From an uncultured Gemmatimonadales bacterium (GTDB lineage Bacteria > Gemmatimonadota > Gemmatimonadetes > Gemmatimonadales > GWC2-71-9): a DNA stretch of 64,000 nucleotides. This document shows, in pieces, positions 18,486 to 27,913 of the stretch. A program made the translations under genes and the position numbers. The stretch covers positions 646,500 to 710,499 of the forward strand of contig CAVVHO010000003.1 of NCBI GenBank assembly GCA_963748035.1. The letters run 5' to 3'. Numbering within the stretch: position 1 is the first letter of the stretch; each line of letters begins with the position of its first letter. The notes under the pieces are model-generated. The model was given only the letters and a program-made list of their open reading frames with translations, was not told where the DNA came from and searched no databases.

Positions 18486-19795
18486 CGGCGACCTACGTTG
18501 AGGATCACGAGACTCTTGAGAGTAATGGAGGCTCGAAGTCCGGTTGGCTCAAGGCCCTCCGGGCCGCGGCTCTGGAGCGATTCCAGGCGAGCGGTTTCCC
18601 GAGTCAGCGAGAAGAGGATTGGCGCTTCATCGACCTCGCTCCGCTGACCGGGAAGAACTTCCGCCTCGCCGAGGCCCATCGGTCGAAAGTGCGCGCGGCG
18701 GACATCGCTCCGTTCGTCTTTGCGATTCCTGGTGTCAGAACGCTTGTTTTCGTCAACGGCAGTTTTGTGCCCGCGCTCTCCAGCGTGTCGGCTCCCCCTC
18801 CGGGAGTCACGGTGACCAACCTCGCTGCGGTGCTCGCCAGCGCCCCGGAGCAGGTCGCGCGGCATCTTGCTCGATACGCAAAGCAGGAGAGCAGCGGCTT
18901 CACGGCGCTAAATACGGCCTTCGTGCGCGATGGGTTGTTCGTGAGAGTTGGGGCGGGTGCGGATGCGGGAGGGCCAATCCATGCCCTGTTCGTCTCGGAC
19001 GGTCAGGCGGATGGCGCCGCGACCTACCCGCGCAACCTCGTGTTGGTTGAGCAGGGTGGCCGGGCCTCAGTGATCGAGAGCTACGTCGGGCTCTCTCAGA
19101 ACAGCTATTTCACTAACGCCGTCACCGAAGCAACAGTGGGCGAGGGTGGCCACCTTGAACACATCAAGATCCAGCGTGAAAGCCTGAACGCGTACCACGT
19201 CGGTACGACGCACATGCAGCAGGCTCGTGACAGCCGCGGCGTGTCTCATGCGATCAGTTTCGGGGCCGCGCTGTGCCGCAACAACCTCGACGTCGTGCTG
19301 GACGGACCCGGGGTTGAGGCTCAGATGTTCGGCTTCTACATGGGCCATGGAACCCAGGAAGTGGACAACCACACTTACCTCCTCCATGCCCACCCGAACT
19401 GTTCCACCAGAGAGGTTTACAAGGGAATTCTCGACGGTCGGGCCCACGGTGTCTTCAACGGCAAGATCTACGTCACGCCGTTGGCGCAAAAAACCGACGC
19501 CAAGCAGACCAACCGTGCGCTCTTGCTGTCCGAGCAAGCCAGGATCGATACCAAGCCCCAGCTTGAGATCTTCGCGGATGACGTCAAGTGCACCCACGGC
19601 GCGACAGTGGGCCGCTTGGATCCGATGGCCGCCTTTTATCTCAAGAGCCGGGGCATCGGGGGCGACCTTGCCCAAAAGATCCTCACCTATGCATTCGCCG
19701 CCGAGGTGCTCGAGGAGATTCCGTTCGAGCCAGTTCGCGCGGACCTCGAGGCCGTCGTAATGGAGTGGCTCGAGGGTGCCAAGGGAGCTCGGTGA
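18482..19795 (+). CDS. sufD: Fe-S cluster assembly protein SufD
   Basis: FPSQREEDWRF, FTALNTAF, GVFNGKIYV, KTDAKQTNRALLL, DTKPQLEIFADDVKCTHGATVG; GTG start overlapping the sufC stop. Confidence 0.97.
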   Translation: MTATYVEDHETLESNGGSKSGWLKALRAAALERFQASGFPSQREEDWRFIDLAPLTGKNFRLAEAHRSKVRAADIAPFVFAIPGVRTLVFVNGSFVPALSSVSAPPPGVTVTNLAAVLASAPEQVARHLARYAKQESSGFTALNTAFVRDGLFVRVGAGADAGGPIHALFVSDGQADGAATYPRNLVLVEQGGRASVIESYVGLSQNSYFTNAVTEATVGEGGHLEHIKIQRESLNAYHVGTTHMQQARDSRGVSHAISFGAALCRNNLDVVLDGPGVEAQMFGFYMGHGTQEVDNHTYLLHAHPNCSTREVYKGILDGRAHGVFNGKIYVTPLAQKTDAKQTNRALLLSEQARIDTKPQLEIFADDVKCTHGATVGRLDPMAAFYLKSRGIGGDLAQKILTYAFAAEVLEEIPFEPVRADLEAVVMEWLEGAKGAR

Positions 19796-21039
19796 CCACG
19801 ACGGCACCGAGTGCTGCTCGGCTCGAGGTCGCCCGAATTCGGAACGACTTCCCGATCCTGCGTGCCCGCGTGCACGGCCGGCCGCTCGCCTACCTGGACA
19901 ACGGCGCAACCAGCCAGAAGCCGCGCGTGGTCATCGAGGCGGAAGCAGATTTCTCATTGCTCGAGAATGCCAACGTGCATCGCGGCGTTCATACTCTGAG
20001 CCAGCGGGCCACCGATGCGTACGACGGTGTAAGGGAGGATCTCCGCGGATTTCTGAATGCCTCCGAAGTGGCTGAGATAGTCATCACCAGCGGAACCACC
20101 GGCGGGCTCAACCTCGTTGCACAGAGCTATGCCCGAGCAGTCCTCAGTCCCGGAGATGAGATCGTTCTCACAGAGATGGAACACCACTCCAACATCGTTC
20201 CATGGCAACTTGTCGCTCGAGCGACCGGGGCGGTGATTCGGGTGGTGCCGGTAACGGACCGAGGGGAGTTGGATCTTTCAGGCGCCGCGAGTCTGATGAC
20301 ACCTCGGACGAAGGTCCTCGCTGTCGCCCATGTTTCAAACGTGTTGGGCACAGTGAATCCGATCCGGCAGCTTGCGGACCTCGCGCACGCGACTGGGGCG
20401 GTGATCGTGGTCGACGGGGCCCAGGCAGTTCCGCACCTCCGCGTGGATGTCACTGAACTCGACTGCGATTTCTATGTCGCCTCGGCCCACAAGATGTATG
20501 GACCGACTGGCGTGGGGTTCCTCTATGGTCGACGTCCTCTGCTTGAGATGATGCCGCCATGGCAGGCAGGCGGCGGCATGATTCAGAGTGTCACTTTCGC
20601 CGAGACGACATTCGCGGCAATTCCTTCCAAGTTCGAAGCCGGTACGCCTCCGATCGCCCAGGCCATCGGGCTCGGCGCGGCCATCCGCTACTTGCGAGGA
20701 TTCGCCTGGGCGGCAGTACAAGCGCATGAGGCCGACCTCCTGACCTACGCCACGGAGCTGGTTGGTGCTTTGCCCGGGGTTCGACTGGTCGGTACGGCCG
20801 CCGAGCGGGTCGGGGTCCTTTCGTTTGTTCTGGAGGGAATCCACCCTCACGATGTTGGCACGGTGCTCGATCTGCACGGCGTCGCAGTGCGCGCGGGACA
20901 TCACTGTGCCCAGCCACTCATGCAGCGGTTCGGGATTCCGGGGACGGTTCGGGCGGGCTTCAGCCTTTACAACACGCGGGCGGAAGTGGATCAGTTGGTC
21001 GAGGGCCTGGCCGAGGCTCGAAAGGTGTTCGGCGGATGA
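19792..21039 (+). CDS. sufS: Cysteine desulfurase SufS (group II)
   Basis: YLDNGATSQKP, MEHHSNIVPW, SAHKMYGP, RAGHHCA. Confidence 0.97.
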   Translation: MTTTAPSAARLEVARIRNDFPILRARVHGRPLAYLDNGATSQKPRVVIEAEADFSLLENANVHRGVHTLSQRATDAYDGVREDLRGFLNASEVAEIVITSGTTGGLNLVAQSYARAVLSPGDEIVLTEMEHHSNIVPWQLVARATGAVIRVVPVTDRGELDLSGAASLMTPRTKVLAVAHVSNVLGTVNPIRQLADLAHATGAVIVVDGAQAVPHLRVDVTELDCDFYVASAHKMYGPTGVGFLYGRRPLLEMMPPWQAGGGMIQSVTFAETTFAAIPSKFEAGTPPIAQAIGLGAAIRYLRGFAWAAVQAHEADLLTYATELVGALPGVRLVGTAAERVGVLSFVLEGIHPHDVGTVLDLHGVAVRAGHHCAQPLMQRFGIPGTVRAGFSLYNTRAEVDQLVEGLAEARKVFGG

Positions 21040-21485
21040 CAGACGCGAGCGAACTCTACCAAAGCATCATCCTGGACCACAATCGGGCCCCTCGCAACTA
21101 CCGTCAGATGCCTGAGGCGTCCGGGCAGGCAGAGGGATACAACCCGATGTGCGGAGACCAGCTCAAGGTCTGGCTCAAGCTGGACGGAGATCGAATCACG
21201 GACGTCAGCTTTCAGGGCTCCGGCTGCGCCATTTCGAAGGCGTCGGCATCACTGATGACGACCGTCGTCAAAGGAAAGACGCAACAGGAAGCCGCCAAGA
21301 TCTACGAGAGTTTTCACCGGATGGTCACAGGGCAGGGTGGGCCGGCGGACGATCTTCCACCCAAACTCGCAGTGTTCTCTGGCATCCGGGAATTCCCTGC
21401 CCGGGTCAAGTGCGCCAGTCTCTCCTGGCATGCGCTCAAGGCGGCATTGGACACGCCGAACGAGCACCGGATTACCACGGAGTAG
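21036..21485 (+). CDS. sufU: SufU (NifU-like SUF sulfur-transfer protein)
   Basis: NPMCGD, GCAIS, ARVKCA; carries the SufU-type insertion before the third Cys. Confidence 0.93.
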   Translation: MTDASELYQSIILDHNRAPRNYRQMPEASGQAEGYNPMCGDQLKVWLKLDGDRITDVSFQGSGCAISKASASLMTTVVKGKTQQEAAKIYESFHRMVTGQGGPADDLPPKLAVFSGIREFPARVKCASLSWHALKAALDTPNEHRITTE

Positions 21486-21538
21486 CAGCTCTGGCGCGGG
21501 TCGCTGAGCGCGCCACAACAGACAGAAGGAGCAAGGAA

Positions 21539-21970
21539 ATGCCTTACGATCCACGGATGGTCCAGCCGATGCGAGAGGAAATGGCCCGCATGGGCGCCAC
21601 CGAGTTGAAAACAGTTGCCGAGGTGGACGCGGCCCTCGGAGATGCGAAGGGGACCACGCTGGTCTTCGTCAATTCCGTATGTGGCTGCGCTGCCGGCAGC
21701 GCCCGTCCGGGACTCGCGCTTGCCCTGAGCCACGCGGTCCGGCCCCAGCAAGTTGTGACGGTCTTTGCCGGACAGGACATCGACGCGACCGCTCGGGCCC
21801 GCCAGTACTTCTCCGACTACGCCCCGAGTAGCCCCTCCGTGGCGCTGTTCCGGGATGGCGAGGTCGTGCATTTTGTGCACCGCCACATGATTGAAGGCCG
21901 GTCTGCGCCGGATGTCGCGAAGGAGTTGGTGGTTGCGTTCGACCGCCATTGCGCCACGAGTGATGTCTGA
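21539..21970 (+). CDS. BrxA/BrxB family bacilliredoxin
   Basis: VNSVCGCAAGSARP (CGC motif), TVFAGQD, PSSPSVALFRDG, RHMIEGR; SD AAGGA. Confidence 0.9.
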   Translation: MPYDPRMVQPMREEMARMGATELKTVAEVDAALGDAKGTTLVFVNSVCGCAAGSARPGLALALSHAVRPQQVVTVFAGQDIDATARARQYFSDYAPSSPSVALFRDGEVVHFVHRHMIEGRSAPDVAKELVVAFDRHCATSDV

Positions 21971-22251
21971 TGTCGGGACACGTCTTTCACCCCGGCCACG
22001 CCGAACTGCACGGGATTACGGTCGTTCTGGAAACCACGGCAGACAGCCTCTTCGTCGGACGATATCATGAGGAGACGGCGGCTGGGGTGTTGCTGCACGA
22101 TGTAGCCGAGCATCGCCCAGCTCCCGGTGGTCCATCGCGTGAAGAGTTTGTCGCGCGAACGCTCAAGTTCGGTGTGCGCGCCGATCACCGACACAAACTC
22201 GTGCCCAAGGATGAGGTACGGCGGGTGTCGCGGCTGACTGAATGGAGTTAG
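21970..22251 (+). CDS. Hypothetical protein (93 aa), His-rich N-terminus
   Basis: MSGHVFHPGHAELHG; one-base overlap with the bacilliredoxin stop; followed by a terminator. Confidence 0.7.
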   Translation: MSGHVFHPGHAELHGITVVLETTADSLFVGRYHEETAAGVLLHDVAEHRPAPGGPSREEFVARTLKFGVRADHRHKLVPKDEVRRVSRLTEWS

Positions 22252-22275
22252 GGCAGGAGGTTCGCGATCCATGAG

Positions 22276-22299
22276 GGGCGGCTAGAGGCCGCCCTTTTT
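22276..22299 (+). terminator. Intrinsic terminator of the suf operon
   Basis: GGGCGGC-tagag-GCCGCCC followed by TTTTT. Confidence 0.8.
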
Positions 22300-22304
22300 C
22301 ATCG

Positions 22305-22520
22305 TCAGGGCCAAACCCTTTCGCCACTGTCGTCAATCAGGGTGATTGCGTCTACCGGACACCCCCGCGCGGCAAGTAGGATACGTTTGTCCTTGGCGCC
22401 CTCCGGATCCAGCACCACACAAATGTCCTCGTCGTCCAGCCCGAAAACTTCTGGGGCCAGGGAGACACACTCGGCGTTGCTCTCGCAGAGATCACGGTTG
22501 ACAAAAATGCGGTAGGGCAT
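22305..22520 (-). CDS. Single-cluster ferredoxin, probably [3Fe-4S]
   Basis: CESNAEC...CP; the second Cys position is Asn. Confidence 0.85.
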   Translation of the reverse strand: MPYRIFVNRDLCESNAECVSLAPEVFGLDDEDICVVLDPEGAKDKRILLAARGCPVDAITLIDDSGERVWP

Positions 22521-22663
22521 AGGGTCCGACCGGATTGAAAGCGTATTCCCATTTACAACAGATCCCCGGTATTCGGCAAGACCCCGATCGCCGAGGGTTC
22601 CGAAACAGCCCGAGACCTCCGGGCGTAGGAGCCCGCCGGACGCCCCCACTCAGAGGGACAAAC

Positions 22664-23617
22664 ATGGCTGCCTCAGTCGTTCAGGTCGACCGCGTGACCA
22701 AGCGCTATTCCGGTCATACTGCCGTCCGTGGGCTTTCTCTCGAGGTTCCCGCCGGCGGCATCTTCGGGTTGCTCGGACCCAATGGGGCTGGCAAGACCAC
22801 GACGATCCGCATGCTCCTCAGCATCATCGTTCCCGATGAGGGGAGGGTGGTGCTTTTTGGCGGGAAGGGGACGGGTCGGGACCTCTCCGGGCGCATCGGC
22901 TATCTACCCGAGGAGCGGGGCCTCTATCCCAAAATGCGGGTACTGGATCAGTTGGCTTTTCTGGGTGAGGCCAAGGGGATCAGCCGTTGGGATGCTCGGA
23001 AGCGAGCCAAGGCCTGGCTCAGTCGGCTTGGCTTGGAGGAGTGGGCGCTCCGTAAGGTGTCGGATCTGTCAAAGGGCATGCAGCAGAAGGTCCAATTTGC
23101 GGGAGCGTTGCAGCACGACCCGGAGCTGATCATCCTTGACGAGCCATTCAGCGGGCTCGATCCCGTCAACAGCCAGGTCATGCGAGAGGTGGTCCTCGAG
23201 GTCGCGCGAGCGGGGCGCACGGTGCTGTTCTCGACTCATATCATGGAACACGCCGAGAAGATGTGTGATCGGATCGTGATTATCGCCGGTGGAGAGAAGA
23301 TCGTGGACGGCACGCTGGCGGAGGTCAGGGGCGAGGGTGGTAAGACCCATGTGGCCCTCGCCTTTACCCGCAACGCCCAGAGCGCCCTGAGGATCTTAAG
23401 CGACCGATCTCTCGCCACCCGGGTCGACGACTCGGGTGGGACTGCCGAGGTGGAACTGGCCCCTGGAGTGGACCCGGACAGGCTCCTCAAGGCGCTGGTG
23501 TCAGCCGATGTGGGGCTATCCCGCTTTGAAATAGTCGAGCCTTCACTCGAGTCCATCTTCATCGCGAAGGTGGGACCAGATGCTGCGCGTCCAGCGGCTC
23601 GAGGGGAGGTTGCATGA
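22664..23617 (+). CDS. ABC transporter ATP-binding protein (NatA/YhaQ-like)
   Basis: GPNGAGKTT, YLPEERGLY, LSKGMQQK, ILDEPFSGLDP. Confidence 0.93.
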   Translation: MAASVVQVDRVTKRYSGHTAVRGLSLEVPAGGIFGLLGPNGAGKTTTIRMLLSIIVPDEGRVVLFGGKGTGRDLSGRIGYLPEERGLYPKMRVLDQLAFLGEAKGISRWDARKRAKAWLSRLGLEEWALRKVSDLSKGMQQKVQFAGALQHDPELIILDEPFSGLDPVNSQVMREVVLEVARAGRTVLFSTHIMEHAEKMCDRIVIIAGGEKIVDGTLAEVRGEGGKTHVALAFTRNAQSALRILSDRSLATRVDDSGGTAEVELAPGVDPDRLLKALVSADVGLSRFEIVEPSLESIFIAKVGPDAARPAARGEVA

Positions 23618-24927
23618 ACAAGGTCTTTGCGGTCATTCGCCGGGAGTTTATCGAGCGGGTGCGGACCAAGGCATTCATCATCGGCACTTTTCTCGTCCCT
23701 CTCATGGCCGGCGTCGTAGGTTACCTGCCGACTATGCTGACCAAGCGGGAGACCGCTACCCGCCGGATCGTTGTTGTGGATGCCGCTGCCGGTGCGATCG
23801 CCAAGCGGGTGGACTCCGTGCTAGCGCGGCAGCGAATCGGCGCCGACTCGATCGCCAGGTACGCAGTGACCCTGCTGCCGGCGGCGGGTCGGGTGGAAAG
23901 CCTCACTGACTCTGTCGTCTCTCTCATCGGGCGTCGGGAAAGCGATGGGGCCGCCCCGGACGGTGTCCTGGTGCTCACGGACGAAGGCGTCGAGAGCGGG
24001 AAGGTGAGCTACCTCGGTTCCGACGTGACGAGCTTCCAGAGCATGAACAACCTCGAGCGGACCCTTGAGCCGCTGCTCCGCGATGAGCGTCTGACCCGCC
24101 GCAACGCGGACTCGGCTGTCAAGGCGGCAGCCACCGTGCGCCTGAATCTCGACACCAAGAAGGTTACCGGCGGGAAAGTGACAGGCGAGAGCGGCGAGAC
24201 TTCGTTCCTGTTGGCGTACATCGTCGACATGTTCATGTACATCTCTCTCCTCCTGTACGGCGTTCAGGTGATGAGCTCGGTGGTCGAAGAGAAGTCCAGC
24301 CGGGTCGTCGAGGTTCTCGTGTCCAGCCTGACTCCCTTCCAATTGCTTCTCGGCAAGGTCATCGGAGTGGGCGCGACGGGCCTGTTGCAGCTCGGCATCT
24401 GGAGCGCAACCGGTCTCTACATCACCCGAATGCTCGGCGGCCGTTCTGCCGAAGCAGCGGCGTCAGGGGGCGATGCGGCGCAGGCGGGCATGAGCATGCC
24501 CAATGTCACGCCGGACCTAATCGCAGTCATATTGGTGTTCTTCCTCCTTGGGTATTTCCTGTACTCATCGATCTATGCGGCCATCGGTTCGATGTGCAGC
24601 ACGCAGCAGGAGGCCCAGCAATCCGCCACGCCGGTCACTATGATCGTCGTGATCGGCATGATCTTCATGTTCTCGTTGATCAACGAGCCATCGGGCGCCC
24701 TCGCAAGAATCCTGACCTTCATACCACTCTTCACTCCGCTGGTGATTCCGGTTCGATACGCCATCGCGCCACTCCCCATGACTGAAATCATGCTCGGGGT
24801 CGGGGTCATGATTTTGGGCATCATTGCCGTTGTGTGGGTTGGGGCGAGGATCTACAGGATCGGGATCCTCTCCTACGGAAAGAAGCCGAGTCTGCGCGAG
24901 CTGTCGCGCTGGATTCGGGCGTCCTAG
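23614..24927 (+). CDS. ABC-2 type permease (NatB/YhaP-like)
   Basis: RREFIERVRTKAF, SVVEEKSSRVVEVL, GKVIG; six to seven TM segments. Confidence 0.9.
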   Translation: MNKVFAVIRREFIERVRTKAFIIGTFLVPLMAGVVGYLPTMLTKRETATRRIVVVDAAAGAIAKRVDSVLARQRIGADSIARYAVTLLPAAGRVESLTDSVVSLIGRRESDGAAPDGVLVLTDEGVESGKVSYLGSDVTSFQSMNNLERTLEPLLRDERLTRRNADSAVKAAATVRLNLDTKKVTGGKVTGESGETSFLLAYIVDMFMYISLLLYGVQVMSSVVEEKSSRVVEVLVSSLTPFQLLLGKVIGVGATGLLQLGIWSATGLYITRMLGGRSAEAAASGGDAAQAGMSMPNVTPDLIAVILVFFLLGYFLYSSIYAAIGSMCSTQQEAQQSATPVTMIVVIGMIFMFSLINEPSGALARILTFIPLFTPLVIPVRYAIAPLPMTEIMLGVGVMILGIIAVVWVGARIYRIGILSYGKKPSLRELSRWIRAS

Positions 24928-24951
24928 GAATCAGCGCACCGAAGGGGCAGG

Positions 24952-24990
24952 ACGGGAGAACGGGGTCGGGTCACCGTTCTCCCGTTCTTG
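24952..24990 (+). terminator. Intrinsic terminator
   Basis: 12-bp perfect stem ACGGGAGAACGG (24952-63) / CCGTTCTCCCGT (24974-85), then TCTTG. Confidence 0.65.
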
Positions 24991-25015
24991 CGTCTAGGGG
25001 GGTAGCTTGGCCTAC

Positions 25016-26902
25016 ATGGATCGCTTCGATGTAATCGTGATTGGCGGAGGACATGCGGGCGCAGAAGCGGCAAGCGCTGCCGCTCGAGCCGGTGCGCGCA
25101 CTCTGCTGCTCACTCAGAACCTCGAGACCATCGGGCAGATGTCGTGCAATCCGGCCATTGGCGGGATCGCCAAGGGCACGGTAGTTCGCGAAGTGGACGC
25201 CCTCGGCGGGATCATGGGACGGGCTACTGATCTCGCGATGATCCAGTTTCGGATGCTCAACCGCTCGAAGGGGCCTGCAGTGTGGTCCCCTCGTGCGCAA
25301 TGCGACCGAGGGCTGTATCGGCGCGCTGTTCGGACGCTGCTTGAGAGACATGACCGGCTAGAGTTTGCGCAAGGAACTATGGTTGCGCTCGAGGTGAGAG
25401 GCGGTCGAGTTGAATCAATCAGCACGCGGGAAGGCCAGAAGTTCAGGGCGCGTTCGGTTGTGGTCACTGCCGGGACCTTTCTGCGAGGCAAGATTCACCT
25501 TGGCATGGGTACCCAGATTCCGGCTGGGCGTGCGGGTGATGCCCCAGCAGTAGAGCTATCCCAAGTTATTGCGGACCAAGGGATTACATTACAACGCTTC
25601 AAGACAGGGACACCGCCAAGAATCGATGGTAGGAGCATCGACCTGGGGAAGTTCCAACGCCAGGACGGGGATTCGGAGTTGTACTGGTTTTCGTATCATG
25701 ACCGGGCGGAGCGACTGCCACAGGCCCCGTGCTATCTGGCGTGGGCTGGGTCAGAGGTGAGACGTGTGGTTGAAGATTCCCTCTCCGAATCAGCGCTATA
25801 TGGAGGCGCCATCAGCGGTCGGGGTCCCCGTTACTGTCCCTCCATTGAGGACAAGATCGTGAAGTTCGGCGGGGTCGAGCGGCACCAATTGTTCCTGGAG
25901 CCGGAAGGGCTGGAGACCCAGGAGATGTACGTCAACGGACTCTCGACGTCGCTGCCACCTGCGATTCAGCTCAGGATGCTTCGAGCAGTCCCGGGTTTGG
26001 ATCAGGTTCGCATGACTCGACCAGGGTATGCGATTGAGTACGACTACATGCCGCCCACACAGCTCCTCCCAACACTGCAGGTACGAACCATCGAGGGGCT
26101 GTACTTCGCCGGGCAGGTAAATGGGACTACGGGCTACGAGGAGGCTGCCGGCCAAGGAGTAGTTGCGGGGCTCAATGCTGCAAGCGCTTCGATGGGTACT
26201 GATCCGGTGGTGTTTCGGCGTGATGAAGCAATGATCGGGGTCCTGATTGACGACCTGGTCAGCCGGGGAGTCGATGAGCCCTACCGACTTTTCACATCAC
26301 GTGCCGAGTATCGGCTGCTCCTGCGGCAGGACAATGCACTGAGGCGGCTGCTACCGACGTCAATTCGACTCGACCTCCTGAAGACTGAAGAGCTCCGCCG
26401 CGCTGAGTCTCGACTTGACCAGGAGGAAAGAGTCCGGCAAGTGGCGGAGGAGGAGTCCGTCCGTCCGGAGGCGGCGAACGAGCTTCTCTGTCGCACTGGA
26501 ACGCAGCCTATTACGGAGCCGACCCGCTTGGCTGAGCTGGTGCGTCGGCCCGGGGTGCGGCTTTCGGACCTATTGAGCTGCATCGGCAGGGAAGGCGATG
26601 TGGCCCAAGCGGAATGGGCCGATATCGAGCTCAAGTACGAGGGGTATCTTCTGCGCGAGCGCACCAGCGCGGACCGTCTGGCGCTCATGGAGGACTTCAC
26701 CCTTCCAGCGGGCCTTCCATATCACCGGTTCGGGTCGTTGTCCACTGAGTCGAGGGAAAAACTGGCCGCCACGCTGCCGGAGTCTCTGGGGCGTGCCGGC
26801 AGAATCCCTGGAGTGTCACCGAGTGACCTCCAGAACCTCGTGTTTGAGGTACTGAAGTGGCGGCGGAATCAAGAGGAGTGCATCGGAGCGCCGATTTCCT
26901 AG
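25016..26902 (+). CDS. mnmG: tRNA uridine-5-carboxymethylaminomethyl modification enzyme MnmG (GidA)
   Basis: GGGHAGAEAA, MSCNPAIGGIAKG, RFKTGTPPR, GPRYCPSIEDK, AGQVNGTTGYEEAAGQG, EPYRLFTSRAEYRL. Confidence 0.98.
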   Translation: MDRFDVIVIGGGHAGAEAASAAARAGARTLLLTQNLETIGQMSCNPAIGGIAKGTVVREVDALGGIMGRATDLAMIQFRMLNRSKGPAVWSPRAQCDRGLYRRAVRTLLERHDRLEFAQGTMVALEVRGGRVESISTREGQKFRARSVVVTAGTFLRGKIHLGMGTQIPAGRAGDAPAVELSQVIADQGITLQRFKTGTPPRIDGRSIDLGKFQRQDGDSELYWFSYHDRAERLPQAPCYLAWAGSEVRRVVEDSLSESALYGGAISGRGPRYCPSIEDKIVKFGGVERHQLFLEPEGLETQEMYVNGLSTSLPPAIQLRMLRAVPGLDQVRMTRPGYAIEYDYMPPTQLLPTLQVRTIEGLYFAGQVNGTTGYEEAAGQGVVAGLNAASASMGTDPVVFRRDEAMIGVLIDDLVSRGVDEPYRLFTSRAEYRLLLRQDNALRRLLPTSIRLDLLKTEELRRAESRLDQEERVRQVAEEESVRPEAANELLCRTGTQPITEPTRLAELVRRPGVRLSDLLSCIGREGDVAQAEWADIELKYEGYLLRERTSADRLALMEDFTLPAGLPYHRFGSLSTESREKLAATLPESLGRAGRIPGVSPSDLQNLVFEVLKWRRNQEECIGAPIS

Positions 26903-26911
26903 GCAAGCCCA

Positions 26912-26927
26912 TGTTTCACGTGAAACA
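26912..26927. promoter_or_regulatory. parS: parS centromere site 1
   Basis: TGTTTCACGTGAAACA, perfect match to the canonical parS palindrome. Confidence 0.95.
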
Positions 26928-26954
26928 GGCTGGACAACCCTGCTCCCCCTTGGG

Positions 26955-26970
26955 TGTTTCACGTGAAACA
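26955..26970. promoter_or_regulatory. parS: parS centromere site 2
   Basis: TGTTTCACGTGAAACA, second perfect copy starting 43 bp after the first. Confidence 0.95.
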
Positions 26971-27085
26971 GCCTGCGGTTGTTTCACTATCAGCAGTCGA
27001 GGCTTATATTTGGGCCGTACCGCCATACCTTTCGAGAGTATTTTTTGTCGTTGAGTGGTAACTACTTACACAACAGAAGCTTACA

Positions 27086-27913
27086 ATGGCAAGGATAATC
27101 GCGATAGCGAATCAGAAGGGCGGAGTCGGCAAGACCACGACTGCCGTCAATCTCGCGGCCTCCCTCGCCATCTCCGAACGCAAGACCCTGCTGGTTGATG
27201 CCGATCCGCAGGGCAACGCCACCAGCGGCGTCGGGGTTCGAAAGCAGCAACTCCGTTACGCGCTGTATGATGTGCTCATCGAAGGTCGGCCCCCAACTGA
27301 TGTCATTCTCACCGACCCGACACTCCCCTACCTCGACATTCTTCCGGCGACCCAGGATTTGGTTGGCGCCGAACTCGAGCTGGTAGAGCGATCCCAGCGC
27401 GAAGGCGTGATGCGTCGTGCGCTGGAGCCGATCGTTGGTTCGTATGAGTTCATTCTCATCGACTGCCCTCCTTCGCTCGGCCTCATCACGCTGAATGTGC
27501 TCGCCGCGGCCGACGGAGTAGTGATTCCGATTCAGTGCGAGTACTACGCACTGGAAGGCATCTCGCAGCTCTTGAACACGATTAAGCTGGTACAGCAGAA
27601 TTTCAACCCGAAGCTCGCGATCGACGGCGTCCTGCTCACGATGTACGACTCGAGGGTGAACCTCTGCCGCCAGGTTGCGGCGGATGCGAAGGAGTACTTC
27701 GGCGCTCGCATGTTTCCGGCCGTAATCCCGCGCAACGTGCGGCTCGCCGAAGCGCCGAGCTTTGGAAAGCCCATCCTGCTGTACGACGTGCAGTCGGTTG
27801 GTGCGAAGAGTTACCTGGCGGTGGCGCAGGAGCTGGTGCGTAGAACTGAGGGAGGAAACGCAAAGGGTGCCGCCGTACCACCGGTTGCTGTCCCCAGCAT
27901 CGAGGCTGACTGA
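27086..27913 (+). CDS. parA: Chromosome partitioning ATPase ParA/Soj
   Basis: NQKGGVGKTTT, DADPQGNAT, IDCPPSLG, PIQCEYYALEG, RNVRLAEAPSFG. Confidence 0.97.
   Translation: MARIIAIANQKGGVGKTTTAVNLAASLAISERKTLLVDADPQGNATSGVGVRKQQLRYALYDVLIEGRPPTDVILTDPTLPYLDILPATQDLVGAELELVERSQREGVMRRALEPIVGSYEFILIDCPPSLGLITLNVLAAADGVVIPIQCEYYALEGISQLLNTIKLVQQNFNPKLAIDGVLLTMYDSRVNLCRQVAADAKEYFGARMFPAVIPRNVRLAEAPSFGKPILLYDVQSVGAKSYLAVAQELVRRTEGGNAKGAAVPPVAVPSIEAD

Noticed and set aside
26903-27085. oriC in the mnmG-parA spacer
   Set aside because: No TTATCCACA-type DnaA boxes or DUE-like AT repeats are visible
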